From assembly GCF_026626745.1 (NCBI RefSeq), contig NZ_JAPNJW010000002.1:1190151-1254150 (forward strand): a DNA stretch of 64,000 nt. The letters run 5' to 3'. Position numbers and translations under genes: made by a program. Positions within the stretch are counted from its first letter, which is position 1. Each line of letters opens with the position of its first letter. This DNA is from Nannocystis sp. RBIL2 (lineage in GTDB: Bacteria; Myxococcota_A; Polyangia; Nannocystales; Nannocystaceae). Below, piece after piece: positions 8,699 to 17,631 of the stretch. Under the pieces are notes generated by a model that saw only the letters and a program-made list of their open reading frames with translations, was not told the origin of the DNA and did no database searches.

Positions 8699-10783
8699 AT
8701 GTTGTCCTGCTCTGGCCTGGTCTCGCGCGCGTGCCTCACGGTCACGTGGCTCGCCCTCGCCGGCTGTTACAGCGGCCCCTCGGGCGCCATCCCTGACGAC
8801 CAGACGCCCCCGACGCGCCCGCCCGTCAGCCAGGGCCCGCTGGGCGGCCCTCAGCTCTCGCCTCTCGAGCTCGACGCGCTCTCGCCCGACCCTGCGCCGG
8901 GCGGCGTCGCCTTCGACCTCCACGTCACCGGCGCCGGCTTCACGCGCTCCAGCGTCGTCGTCGTCGCCGGCCAGGAGCTGCCGACCACCTTCGTCTCGGG
9001 CGGCGAGTTGCACGCTCACAGCGGCCCGCGCAAGCGCGGCGATTACGAGGTGCTGGTCCGCCGCGACGACGAGGAGTCGCGCCCGCTGACCCTCGCCGTC
9101 GAACGCTCGGCCCCGCGGATCCTCGTCCCCGCCGAGGTCGGGGTCGACGAGGACACCGAGGTCGGCCTCGTCGTCGACGTCGTCGACGTCGCCGATCCCG
9201 CGGCCCTGCGCGTCCACGTGCTCGGCCTGCCGCCGGGCGCCACCTGGGACGAGCCGACCCGCACCTTCCGCTTCACCCCCGACTTCACCCAGGGCGGCGA
9301 TCGCTGGACCGTCACGGTGCTCGCCCACGACCACGAGTCGCGCGTCGAGGCCACCTTCGACGTCGTCGTCCGCGACACCATCCAGCCGCCGTGGCCCGAG
9401 GTCGTCGACACCGAGTTCCTCGACGCCAGCGGATATGTCCGTTACATCCTGTCCCAAAAGACAGATGAGTACCTCGACAGCCCGGGCTACGCCGGCCGCG
9501 AGTTCGTCGCCAAGGTCATGGTCCCGCTCGAGGTCCCGCTCGAGGGCGTGCCGGTGCGGATCGGCCTGCACGGCTTCGCCACCGCCAACCCCGGCGGCAC
9601 CGGCTCGGCCAACGAGATCCGGATCTCCCCGCACGACCCCGACAACACCTACTGGTGGGGCTACGCCGATTCGCTGCCCGACGTCGATCCCGCGGCCGGC
9701 GGCGCCGCGCCCGACTACACCATGCGCCGCGTGCTCCACCTCGTCGAGTACGTCCTGCGCCACCACCCCGAGGCCGACCCGCAGCGCGTCTACGTCTACG
9801 GCAGCTCGATGGGCGGCGCCGGGGCGATGCTGCTCGGCCTCCTGCGCGGGCGTCACTTCGCCTACATCGACGCGCGCCTCGGCCAGGCGATCGCGCGCAA
9901 TCACCGGCCGTCGCGGATCACCCAGCTGTCCGGCTGGTGGGGCGCGCCGGAGCTCGACCTCGACGGCGGCGGCGGCCTGTCGGCCTGGGATCACATGGAT
10001 CTGACGCGCGCCCTCGCCGAGTCAGTCGAGGCCCGCGACCAGTTCCTGTTCCTCAAGCACGGCAAGGACGACCCGACCATCCACTTCGGCGCCACCGTCC
10101 TGCCGAGCCCGCGCACCGGCGAGAGCTTCTATCAGGCGCTGCAGAGCCGCGGCGTCGGTCACTTCGCCATCTGGGACGAGGGCGGCCACGGCGTCGCCGA
10201 TCCTGTCCTCGGGGACAGCTGGTGGGCCGGCTCGTGGGCGCCGATCAGCGGCGACGAAGCCACGCTGCGCCGCGACCGGGCGTTCCCCGCCTTCTCGTAC
10301 TCCTCGCTCGACGACGACCCCGGCGTCGGCGTCGGCAACGGCAAGCAGGACTGGAGCGCCAACGCGGGCTTCGCCGGCGAGGTCGCCATCGCCGGCGACA
10401 CCGGCTGGGACGGCGCCATCGCCGGCGCGCTCGGCCGGTTCCTCCGCTGGGACGGCGCCTCGGTGGTCGACACCGTCGATCGCCTGCAATTCGCCCTGCG
10501 CGTCCACGCAGGCGACGGCGCCGACCCGCCGGCCCCCGGCTACCCGAGCGAGGGCGACCGCGTGATGGCAGAGCTGCCCGCGTTCGTCGACGTGACCCCG
10601 CGCCGCGCCCAGGCCTTCCGCTGTCACCCCGGCGAGCGCGTCGCCTGGTCCTTCGGCCAGGTCCACGGCGAGGTGGTCGCCGGCCCCGACGGCAGCGTCA
10701 CGATCCCCGCCCTGCCGCTGACCGACACCTGGACAAATCTGGTCCTGCGCCGCACGCTCACGGTGATCGCCGCCTCGCACTGA
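8699..10783 (+). CDS. lipoprotein, alpha/beta-hydrolase fold (esterase/peptidase-like)
   Basis: ORF 8591..10783; Met at 8699 MLSCSGLVSRACLTVTWLALAGC (lipobox LAGC); nucleophile elbow GSSMGGAGA. Confidence 0.7.
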   Translation: MLSCSGLVSRACLTVTWLALAGCYSGPSGAIPDDQTPPTRPPVSQGPLGGPQLSPLELDALSPDPAPGGVAFDLHVTGAGFTRSSVVVVAGQELPTTFVSGGELHAHSGPRKRGDYEVLVRRDDEESRPLTLAVERSAPRILVPAEVGVDEDTEVGLVVDVVDVADPAALRVHVLGLPPGATWDEPTRTFRFTPDFTQGGDRWTVTVLAHDHESRVEATFDVVVRDTIQPPWPEVVDTEFLDASGYVRYILSQKTDEYLDSPGYAGREFVAKVMVPLEVPLEGVPVRIGLHGFATANPGGTGSANEIRISPHDPDNTYWWGYADSLPDVDPAAGGAAPDYTMRRVLHLVEYVLRHHPEADPQRVYVYGSSMGGAGAMLLGLLRGRHFAYIDARLGQAIARNHRPSRITQLSGWWGAPELDLDGGGGLSAWDHMDLTRALAESVEARDQFLFLKHGKDDPTIHFGATVLPSPRTGESFYQALQSRGVGHFAIWDEGGHGVADPVLGDSWWAGSWAPISGDEATLRRDRAFPAFSYSSLDDDPGVGVGNGKQDWSANAGFAGEVAIAGDTGWDGAIAGALGRFLRWDGASVVDTVDRLQFALRVHAGDGADPPAPGYPSEGDRVMAELPAFVDVTPRRAQAFRCHPGERVAWSFGQVHGEVVAGPDGSVTIPALPLTDTWTNLVLRRTLTVIAASH

Positions 10784-10797
10784 CCTGGCCATCCGGC

Positions 10798-10860
10798 CAT
10801 GTCCTCTCCGACATTTTTAAGAGGACATGCTCCACCGAGCATGTCCTTTTAAACCTGTCC
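10798..10860. repeat. cluster of GGACATGYCC-family elements
   Basis: CCATGTCCTC, GAGGACATGCTC-cacc-GAGCATGTCC and CCTGTCC between genes; local GC drop (tttttaa, ttttaaa). Confidence 0.75.
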
Positions 10861-11100
10861 TCGTGGGCACCGGGCCGCGAGGGCGACAGCTCGTGGACCC
10901 GCCCAGCGAGCGCGCTCGTCGGACTTCCGCGATGCGACTTCAGGTCGCCATCGCCGGCAGCTCCACCGAGACCCTCGCCTCGGACCGCGCGATCGCCTGC
11001 GTCGCTTCGGGGCTCACTGGCTCGCGCGGCTCCGAGCAACCCGGCGCTCCCGGCCACCCGTCCCGCCGGCACCTCGACGAAGGCCGCCGGCCGCGGTTAG

Positions 11101-12120
11101 ATGCCTCCCGTGCGCGACCCGCGGGTGCTCACGGCTGGCCTGGCGGCCGCTCTCGCCTGCGGGGAGCCGGCGCCCGCTGCTGCGCCCGAGGAGGACGCGC
11201 CCGCACCGACCTCGCGCCCCGCCCCGCGCCCACTCGTCCACCTCGATCCGCTCGGCCCCCGCGACCTCGACCCCGCGCGCGGGTCCTCGCCTCGCCTCAC
11301 CGTCCACCTCGAGCCGGTCGACGCCCGCGACCTCGACCTCCTGGCGCGCTGGCCCTCGCTCGCGCACTACCCCCGTGTCCCGCAGGTGCTCGCCGCCGGC
11401 CTGCGCGCGCGCGACCCCGCCGCGATCTTCCGCGGCATGGAGCTCGCCTTCGAGCCCGATCGCTGGGCCGAGATCGACGCCTGGGAGCGCCTCGGCCACA
11501 TCCGCCTCGGCGATCCCGCCGGCTTCTGCCGCACCGACGCCGGCAGCCCCGTGCGGCTGTCCCCTGGGACATACGACCTCGGCTGCCTCGGCGGCTTCCT
11601 CGAGGGCGTCCGCCTGCTGTGGTTGCCGCGACTCGAGCTCGCGGACCTCGTGCCCTGCGATCCGCCCGCCGGCTTCGAGTCGTGCCAGGACGGCGCCCAC
11701 GCCGGCCGCGCCGCCCTCCTGCAGATAGCGGCGCGCCTGCCCGCCGATGACCTCCCCCACGGCCTCGAGCTGCTCGAGCTGCGCCTCGCCGAGCTCGGCC
11801 CCGACGCCTTGATCGCCGCCCTCGTCCCCGACGCGCTCAACCTCTGCAGCGTCTCGCACCGGGCCCGCGCCCGCGGCGGCGAGCGCATGTACCATCACAT
11901 GATGATCGTCGACCCCGCCCGCGATCGCCTCGGCCGCGTGCGCGTGTTCGACACCACCGGCGCCGCCGGCGTCGCCTGGCGGTCGATGCGACCCGAGCGC
12001 CTGCACGGCTACGCGCGCCGCCTCCTGGCCCTCCACGACACCTTCCGCTACGACCCCGAGTCCGCCCGGCTCACCTGCCTCCCCGTGCGCCCGCCGGACG
12101 GCGAAATCACAGGTCCTTGA
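11101..12120 (+). CDS. hypothetical protein, probable lipoprotein
   Basis: Strong GC3 codon bias in the + frame; N-terminus MPPVRDPRVLTAGLAAALACG; the overlapping minus-strand ORF 11014..12036 is a low-complexity shadow. Confidence 0.55.
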   Translation: MPPVRDPRVLTAGLAAALACGEPAPAAAPEEDAPAPTSRPAPRPLVHLDPLGPRDLDPARGSSPRLTVHLEPVDARDLDLLARWPSLAHYPRVPQVLAAGLRARDPAAIFRGMELAFEPDRWAEIDAWERLGHIRLGDPAGFCRTDAGSPVRLSPGTYDLGCLGGFLEGVRLLWLPRLELADLVPCDPPAGFESCQDGAHAGRAALLQIAARLPADDLPHGLELLELRLAELGPDALIAALVPDALNLCSVSHRARARGGERMYHHMMIVDPARDRLGRVRVFDTTGAAGVAWRSMRPERLHGYARRLLALHDTFRYDPESARLTCLPVRPPDGEITGP

Positions 12121-12131
12121 GGACAGGTCCC

Positions 12132-12716
12132 ATGCGCCAGGTGCGAAAGTACATCCTCCGCCTCCTCGCCGTCCTGTGCGTCTGGGGCCTCGTCCATCTG
12201 CTCGTCATCGCCGTCGACGGCTGCACTGACGAGGGCCGCCCCGCCGACGTCGCGGTCGTCCTCGGCAACCACGTCAGCCCCGCCGGCGAGCCCGCGCGCC
12301 GCCTCCAGCTGCGGCTCGATCGCGCCGCCGCCCTGTACGCCGCAGGCCTCGTCCCGCGCCTCATCGTCAGCGGCGGCCAGGATCCCGGCAGCCCGCACGA
12401 GGCCGACGTCATGCGCGACTACCTGGTCGCCCGCGGCGTCCCGGCCGAGCGGATCGCCGTCGACCGCGGCGGCATCAACACCCACGCCACCGCCCGCTTC
12501 GTCGCCGCCGACCTGCGCGCCCGCGGCGAGCGCTCCGCCATCGCCGTCAGCCAGTACTACCACGTCACCCGCACCAAGCTGGCGCTGCGCCGCTTCGGCG
12601 TCGAGGCCACCGGCGCGCACGCCGACCTCGAGCTCGAGCTGCGCGAGCCGTGGTCGTTGCTGCGCGAGGTCATCGGCTTCTACGCCTACCTGTTCAAGGA
12701 CTACCGCCTCGAATAA
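12132..12716 (+). CDS. YdcF/ElyC-like DUF218 family protein
   Basis: ORF 12117..12716; Met MRQVRKY at 12132; DUF218-like AVVLGNHVSPAG...RLIVSGGQ. Confidence 0.7.
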   Translation: MRQVRKYILRLLAVLCVWGLVHLLVIAVDGCTDEGRPADVAVVLGNHVSPAGEPARRLQLRLDRAAALYAAGLVPRLIVSGGQDPGSPHEADVMRDYLVARGVPAERIAVDRGGINTHATARFVAADLRARGERSAIAVSQYYHVTRTKLALRRFGVEATGAHADLELELREPWSLLREVIGFYAYLFKDYRLE

Positions 12717-12719
12717 ACG

Positions 12720-12752
12720 GAGAGGACATGTCCGTATGAACATGCCCTCTCG
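12720..12752. repeat. GGACATGYCC-family element
   Basis: AGAGGACATGtccgtatgaaCATGCCCTCT inverted repeat between convergent genes. Confidence 0.7.
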
Positions 12753-12769
12753 AACAGCCCGAGGGTGAC

Positions 12770-13858
12770 TCAGAACTCGTCGAGGCCCTGGCCGAGCTCG
12801 ACCCCGAGCGCCTCCTGGGCGGCGGTCGGGCACGGCGACGCGAAGCGCGACTCGTAGCGGGCCGTGAACTCGGCGTTGGCGACCATCGCCTGGTCGTCGG
12901 CCTGCAGCTCGGGCAGCAGGCCGCGGACCGCGAACACCTCGATCTCGCCGACGCTGCGGGTCACCGTCGTCTGCAGGAACTCGAGCGAGAAGAACGGCTC
13001 GATGAGCTGACGGACCGCCCCGGACACGCACACCGAGTCGGGCTGTCCGACGCGCTCGACGTGGCTGGCGACGCTGACGGTGTCGCCCCACAGGTCGTAG
13101 ACCGGCTTCTTCGAGCCGAGCACGCCGGAGATGCAGGGCCCCGAGTGGAGGCCGATGCGGAAGCTCCAGTCCCACTCGTCGACGATCGGCGTCAGCCCCG
13201 ACGCCACCACCTGGGCGCAGCGCAGCGCGGCGAACGTCGCGTCGACGGCGTGCGACAGGCGGCGGTGGGGGATGCCCGAGACCGCCACGTACGTGTCGCC
13301 GGCGGTGCGCAGCTTCTCGACGCCGAACGCCGTCGTGATCTGGTCGAAGGCCGAGAAGAAGAAGTCGAGCTGCTTGAGGCAGGTGACCGGGTCGACGCGG
13401 GCGGCCAGGCGCGAGAACTGGACCGCGTCGATGAACATCACCGTCGACTCGCGGTACGCCTTGGGCTGGAGCCGCTCGCCGAGCGGCGCCGCCGACTCAC
13501 GCGGCAACACCGCCAGCGCCAGGCTCTTGTCGAGCAGGGTCGCGGTCGCCAGCTGCGACGCCAGCGCCCGCGGCGAGCGGATCGCGACGCCCACCGCCAG
13601 CACCCCGTCGGATGGCTCCAAGGACAGGTCCCATGCGACAGGTCCTTCGGGCCAGGGGTTCTCGGGCACCGCCTTGCCGCTGCTCTCGGCCAGGCTGCGC
13701 AGGAACGCCGGCGACGCGGCGCCGAACAGCGCGCCGAGGCTGGGCGCGCCGGGGCGGGCGGCCAGCCAGCGGGCCGCCGCCGGCGACACCGGGGTCACCT
13801 TGCCGTCGGCATCGACGCGCAGCGCGATCGACTCCACCAGCTCGAGGATGGCCACCAT
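12770..13858 (-). CDS. class III adenylate/guanylate cyclase with N-terminal domain of unknown function
   Basis: C-terminal CYCc domain VMFIDAVQFSRLAARVD...LRTAGDTYVAVSGIP...RIGLHSGPCISGVLG; start ATG lies 1 nt after the stop of the upstream gene. Confidence 0.85.
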   Translation of the reverse strand: MVAILELVESIALRVDADGKVTPVSPAAARWLAARPGAPSLGALFGAASPAFLRSLAESSGKAVPENPWPEGPVAWDLSLEPSDGVLAVGVAIRSPRALASQLATATLLDKSLALAVLPRESAAPLGERLQPKAYRESTVMFIDAVQFSRLAARVDPVTCLKQLDFFFSAFDQITTAFGVEKLRTAGDTYVAVSGIPHRRLSHAVDATFAALRCAQVVASGLTPIVDEWDWSFRIGLHSGPCISGVLGSKKPVYDLWGDTVSVASHVERVGQPDSVCVSGAVRQLIEPFFSLEFLQTTVTRSVGEIEVFAVRGLLPELQADDQAMVANAEFTARYESRFASPCPTAAQEALGVELGQGLDEF

Positions 13859-13859
13859 G

Positions 13860-14267
13860 TCAGAACTCTCGCACGTCCTCGAAGGTCGTCCGGGCGGCGA
13901 TGGTTTCCTCGTCGAGGTTGAGCAGGATCGGCAGCGTCTCCTGCTGCCAGTCGTCCTCCTGCAGGCGGCGGACCAGCACCGGCCCGGGCAGCAGCAGGTA
14001 CACCAGCTCGACGATGTCCATGATCACGTAGAAGCCGTTGGAGTTGCAGAACTCGAGCTCGGTGAAGTCGAGCACGCTGCGCTGGATCTCGCGCTTCGGC
14101 AAGATCTCGCGCAGGTCCTGCAGCAGGGCCGACAGATAGCGATAGGGGTTGTCGATGCGGACCACGCCCGAGAACGTGAGGGAGAAGTTCCCCTCGTCCT
14201 CGCGGGCGACGCAGTGGAACACACTGACGCCGCCGTCCATGATCTCGCCGTAGGTGAGGACGTTCAT
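13860..14267 (-). CDS. SiaC-like DUF1987 partner-switch protein
   Basis: ORF 13860..14627 trimmed to Met MNVLTYGEIMDGG (the upstream part is R-rich noise); about 135 aa; RIDNPYRYLSALLQDL and LEFCNSNGFYVIMDIVELV resemble the SiaC/DUF1987 SYPEN...LNTSS pattern. Confidence 0.55.
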   Translation of the reverse strand: MNVLTYGEIMDGGVSVFHCVAREDEGNFSLTFSGVVRIDNPYRYLSALLQDLREILPKREIQRSVLDFTELEFCNSNGFYVIMDIVELVYLLLPGPVLVRRLQEDDWQQETLPILLNLDEETIAARTTFEDVREF

Positions 14268-14779
14268 TGCGCACCTCGCAAAGGAAACACCGCCTGCATC
14301 GTCAAGTTCTCGCCCGAGTACGTCGCGGACAAGCGGAAGCGGTTCTCGGACACCAGGCGGATGAGGCCGAGCCCGCCGCGCAGCCGCTGCATGCGGCGGG
14401 CGCGGAGCGTGTCGGCGAACAGGCGCTTGGGATCCGTCGCGGTCGTCAGCCGCTCGACGCGGTCCTTGACGTCCTGGTACTGCTCGAAGGTCGCCTTGTT
14501 GGTGACCTGGACCTGCAGCGCGTCGCCGTCGATGCGCAGGTCGACGCGCATCTGGCTGCCCGGATCGCTGACGTTGTCGATCACGTTCTGGACCAGCTCG
14601 GTGATGACCACGTTGGCCTTCTTGCACAGCGCCTGCGGGTAGAACACCGTCAGCATCGCCAGCAGCGACTCGCCGACGGTCGTCGCCAGGTTGCCACGCG
14701 CGTCGCCCATCGGCGCGACCGTCAGCGTCAGGCCGACGCTGGTCGTGATCGGTTCATCGTCGAACTCGTGCTCGCTCAC
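14264..14779 (-). CDS. RsbW/SiaB-like serine kinase (HATPase_c anti-sigma-factor-type)
   Basis: GTG start (VSEHEFDD) overlaps the upstream stop as GTGA; N-box-like ELVQNVIDN and G-box RGGLGLIRL. Confidence 0.55.
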   Translation of the reverse strand: MSEHEFDDEPITTSVGLTLTVAPMGDARGNLATTVGESLLAMLTVFYPQALCKKANVVITELVQNVIDNVSDPGSQMRVDLRIDGDALQVQVTNKATFEQYQDVKDRVERLTTATDPKRLFADTLRARRMQRLRGGLGLIRLVSENRFRLSATYSGENLTMQAVFPLRGAQ

Positions 14780-15702
14780 GCCGCCCGCCTCCGCAGCACG
14801 ATGAGGGTGATGTCGTCGGCGTCGACGCGACGGAACTGCCCGTAGTCGTCGAGGCACCGCTGAAGGATCTGATTGGCCGGCAGCTCCGAGTTGGTGCGCA
14901 CGAGCTCGTGCAGCCGGCGGGTGCTGTAGTCGGCGCCCGCGCTGTCCTGCGCCTCGACCATGCCGTCCGTGTACAGCGCCAGCACGTCACCTGTCTCGAA
15001 GGGCAGCTCGTACTCGCTGTACGCGCGGCGGCGCAGGCCGATGAACGGGTCGCCCTTGTTGAACGTGTGGACCTCTCCGCCGCGGACCAGCACCCCGTAG
15101 CCGCCGCCGCACACGTAGCGGAACGTGCGCTCGCCGAACGCGACGAAGTTGACGGTGGCGTAGCGGCGGACCTCGCGGAGGAACCCGACGGTCGCGTTGT
15201 TGAGGTACTCGACGATGTCGCGCGGGCGCGACACCTGCTCCATCGTCTGGACCAGCTGGGCCTTGAGGTAGGCCATGATCAGCGCCGCCGACACCCCGTG
15301 GCCGGAGATGTCGAACACGCCGATCGCGTGGCTGCCGTCGCGCAGGCGGTAGAAGTCGTAGTAGTCGCCGCCGACCTCGGTCATCTGCTTGTGGTAGACC
15401 GAGAACTCGAAGCGCGCGAGCATCTCCGGGTGGTCCTTCGGCAGCAGCGCGTGCTGGACCTGCTGGGCGATCTCGAGGTCCTGGCGGATGGTCTGGTAGG
15501 CGCGGGCCAGCTCGCGCTCCTGCTCGTCGAGCCGCTCGTACGCGGTGCGCAGGTTGTCGTTGGTCGCCTGCCAGTAGGCGGTGTCGCGCTCGACCCGCTT
15601 GAGCAGGCCCTTGTACATCCAGAACAGCCTGCGCATGTCCTCGCGCGACAGCTCGGACAGGCGGTCGGGGTCTCGCCCCTCGAGGATCTCGTCGAGCGTC
15701 AT
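14776..15702 (-). CDS. PP2C-family protein serine/threonine phosphatase (SpoIIE/RsbU/SiaA-like) with N-terminal coiled coil
   Basis: PP2C/SpoIIE signatures GGDYYDFY, DISGHGVSAALIMA, LYTDGMVEA; stop overlaps the next start. Confidence 0.85.
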   Translation of the reverse strand: MTLDEILEGRDPDRLSELSREDMRRLFWMYKGLLKRVERDTAYWQATNDNLRTAYERLDEQERELARAYQTIRQDLEIAQQVQHALLPKDHPEMLARFEFSVYHKQMTEVGGDYYDFYRLRDGSHAIGVFDISGHGVSAALIMAYLKAQLVQTMEQVSRPRDIVEYLNNATVGFLREVRRYATVNFVAFGERTFRYVCGGGYGVLVRGGEVHTFNKGDPFIGLRRRAYSEYELPFETGDVLALYTDGMVEAQDSAGADYSTRRLHELVRTNSELPANQILQRCLDDYGQFRRVDADDITLIVLRRRAA

Positions 15703-15703
15703 C

Positions 15704-16246
15704 TCAGTGGAACTCCACCACGAGCCGGTTGGGGTCGCCGTCGTTCGTCACGTCGACGTAGTAGAGGTCGCCGGGCGCCATCACCCCGCCGATCAGCACG
15801 CCGCGCTCGATCGTCTTGTCGAACGGCGTGGACGAGCGGATCACGGCGTGGCCGCGGTCCGAGTCGAACTCGGCGAGGTCGAACGAGCCGACCACCTCGC
15901 GCGGGCCACGGATGACGCTGGCGATGCCGTGGCTGCCGGTCTGAAAGTGCAGGAAGTCGGCGCCGCGGTGGATGAGCGCCTTGCCGGGCCCGCCGTGGTA
16001 CCACAGCCGCATCATCTCGATGCCGAGCTTGAGCCGGATCGGCTCCACGTTGGCGTACGACTCGCCGACCATCCGCTCGATCTCCATCCACTTCGACAGC
16101 GGGAACCACCGCCCCATGTCGATGTCGGCCAGCAGCGCGGTGGCTCGTCGACCGGCGACGATGTTGAGGTTGACGCACGCCTGGGCGAAGCCGCCCATGA
16201 GCGCCCCGTGGACCACCGGCTCGCTCGGCTCGCTCTCGCCGCTCAT
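15704..16246 (-). CDS. hypothetical 180-aa sensor-like protein (tentatively H-NOX/V4R-like fold)
   Basis: ORF 15704..17299 trimmed to MSGESEPSEP (upstream part is frame noise overlapping the real GRAS gene); ATG overlaps the upstream stop (ATGA); spacing of hydrophobic residues and an IRSST segment are reminiscent of H-NOX YxSxR proteins, but this is not proven. Confidence 0.45.
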   Translation of the reverse strand: MSGESEPSEPVVHGALMGGFAQACVNLNIVAGRRATALLADIDMGRWFPLSKWMEIERMVGESYANVEPIRLKLGIEMMRLWYHGGPGKALIHRGADFLHFQTGSHGIASVIRGPREVVGSFDLAEFDSDRGHAVIRSSTPFDKTIERGVLIGGVMAPGDLYYVDVTNDGDPNRLVVEFH

Positions 16247-17337
16247 CCCGCCTCCCCCGAGAACGCGAACACCGCGATGATCGGCACCCCGCGGTAGGAC
16301 AGCCGCACGAGCCCGGAGCTGACCGAGGAGCGGCAGTACTCGGGCAGATCGACGTCGAGGTCGATCGCCGGGTACGGCACGAAGCCCGACTTCTTCAGCC
16401 GGAGCAGCCACGACTCGAGCGTCTCGTGACGCTCGGTGCGGAAGGCGTCGCTGGTGCCGAGGATGTCGCGGACCTCGCGGCCGAAGAAGCCCTCCTTGAT
16501 GGCGAACTTCTCGTCCGGGGACGCGTCGCTGCGGTCGACCAGATCGAACACCGTCGCGAAGTGCTGCCAACAGTGATGCATGCGCCGGGTCAGGTGCTCG
16601 GTGTCGTGGTCCGAGCTCGGCTCCACCAGCGTGAACACCCGCGGCCTCAGGGCCCGCAGCCGCCGCAGCAGGCGGGTGCGCGCGTCGCTGTCGGGGCCCG
16701 TGGTGTGGTGCAGCGTGTAGGCCGCGTTGATCGACAAGCTCCCCTCGGCGAGCGCCTCGAAGTGCGCGTAGTCGGCATCCTCGCAGACCTCGATCAGCTT
16801 GACCAGCGGATAGATCTCGATGTCGAACGGCAGCTCGGCGCGGACCTCGTCGATCGCGGCCACGCCCTCGTTCAGGGCGGTGCGGTTCGGCTCCAGCGCG
16901 ATCACGCGGAGGCGCTCGATCTTGCCGGGATCGCGCGCGAGCGCCCGCAGCAGCGCGACGATCTGCAGGCCCTTGCCGATCCCGATCTCGAGCAGCGCCG
17001 GCGTGCTCGACTGCCGCATCGCGTGAACGAGGTACTGGTTGGCCAGCGCGTAGCCCTGCGGCACCGCCGGGATCGCCCGCTGCAGCAGCGTGAACAGGTC
17101 GATCTGCGGCCGCTTCTCGGCTTGCAGGTACAAGTTCCGCCCCGACAGCAGGTTGCGGTCGATCCGTCGCAACAGCGACTCGGCGACGATGTGGGACAAC
17201 AGCGCGTCGCTCGGGACATCGACGTCGAGGGCGTCGAGGAGCTGGCTCGCTATCACCGTCTTGGCGACCTGCTCGCGATGCCGGCGAATGTCCTGGCACG
17301 CGGCCAAAATCAGCTTGTAGCGGTCCTCGTAGAGCAT
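16243..17337 (-). CDS. bacterial GRAS-family protein (Rossmann methyltransferase-like fold)
   Basis: ORF 16243..17484 trimmed to ATG MLYEDRYKLIL at 17337; LEIGIGKGLQ nucleotide-binding-like motif; C-terminal RTERHETLESWLLRLKKSGF resembles the GRAS RVER/SAW region. Confidence 0.55.
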   Translation of the reverse strand: MLYEDRYKLILAACQDIRRHREQVAKTVIASQLLDALDVDVPSDALLSHIVAESLLRRIDRNLLSGRNLYLQAEKRPQIDLFTLLQRAIPAVPQGYALANQYLVHAMRQSSTPALLEIGIGKGLQIVALLRALARDPGKIERLRVIALEPNRTALNEGVAAIDEVRAELPFDIEIYPLVKLIEVCEDADYAHFEALAEGSLSINAAYTLHHTTGPDSDARTRLLRRLRALRPRVFTLVEPSSDHDTEHLTRRMHHCWQHFATVFDLVDRSDASPDEKFAIKEGFFGREVRDILGTSDAFRTERHETLESWLLRLKKSGFVPYPAIDLDVDLPEYCRSSVSSGLVRLSYRGVPIIAVFAFSGEAG

Positions 17338-17631
17338 GCGCCGCAGACTGAAGGTCACACAGGGGATCCGCCTTGGCAAGCTGATGCGCACCCGATCGTG
17401 GCCGAGAAGATTATCTCGGCCCTCGCGCGGAAACGCGCCGCGTAGCCTGGCGCAGGCCCCGTCGGCCTCTGTCTCAAAGACCACCCAGCGGCGCTACCGG
17501 ACCGCGGGCCACTGCGCAGGTCGCGTGCGGCAGAGGACCGCGACGGCGTGCGACGGACTGCATCTTGAGACATGGTCCGAAAACCATGACGCGGCGCGGC
17601 GAACCGGGCCAAAGTGGCACGAAAGCAGGCC

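Noticed and set aside
15704-17299. 531-aa ORF 15704..17299 as a single gene
   Set aside because: Only the last 180 codons have coding character. The rest is an R/P-rich alternative frame of the real GRAS gene (16243..17337) on the same strand.
17338-17480. Sigma-54 promoter upstream of the GRAS-led operon (TGGCCACGATCGGGTGC)
   Set aside because: GG and GC elements are present, but the spacing (11-12 nt rather than 10) and the -12 TTGCW consensus are not satisfied. No enhancer-binding protein with GAFTGA is encoded nearby.
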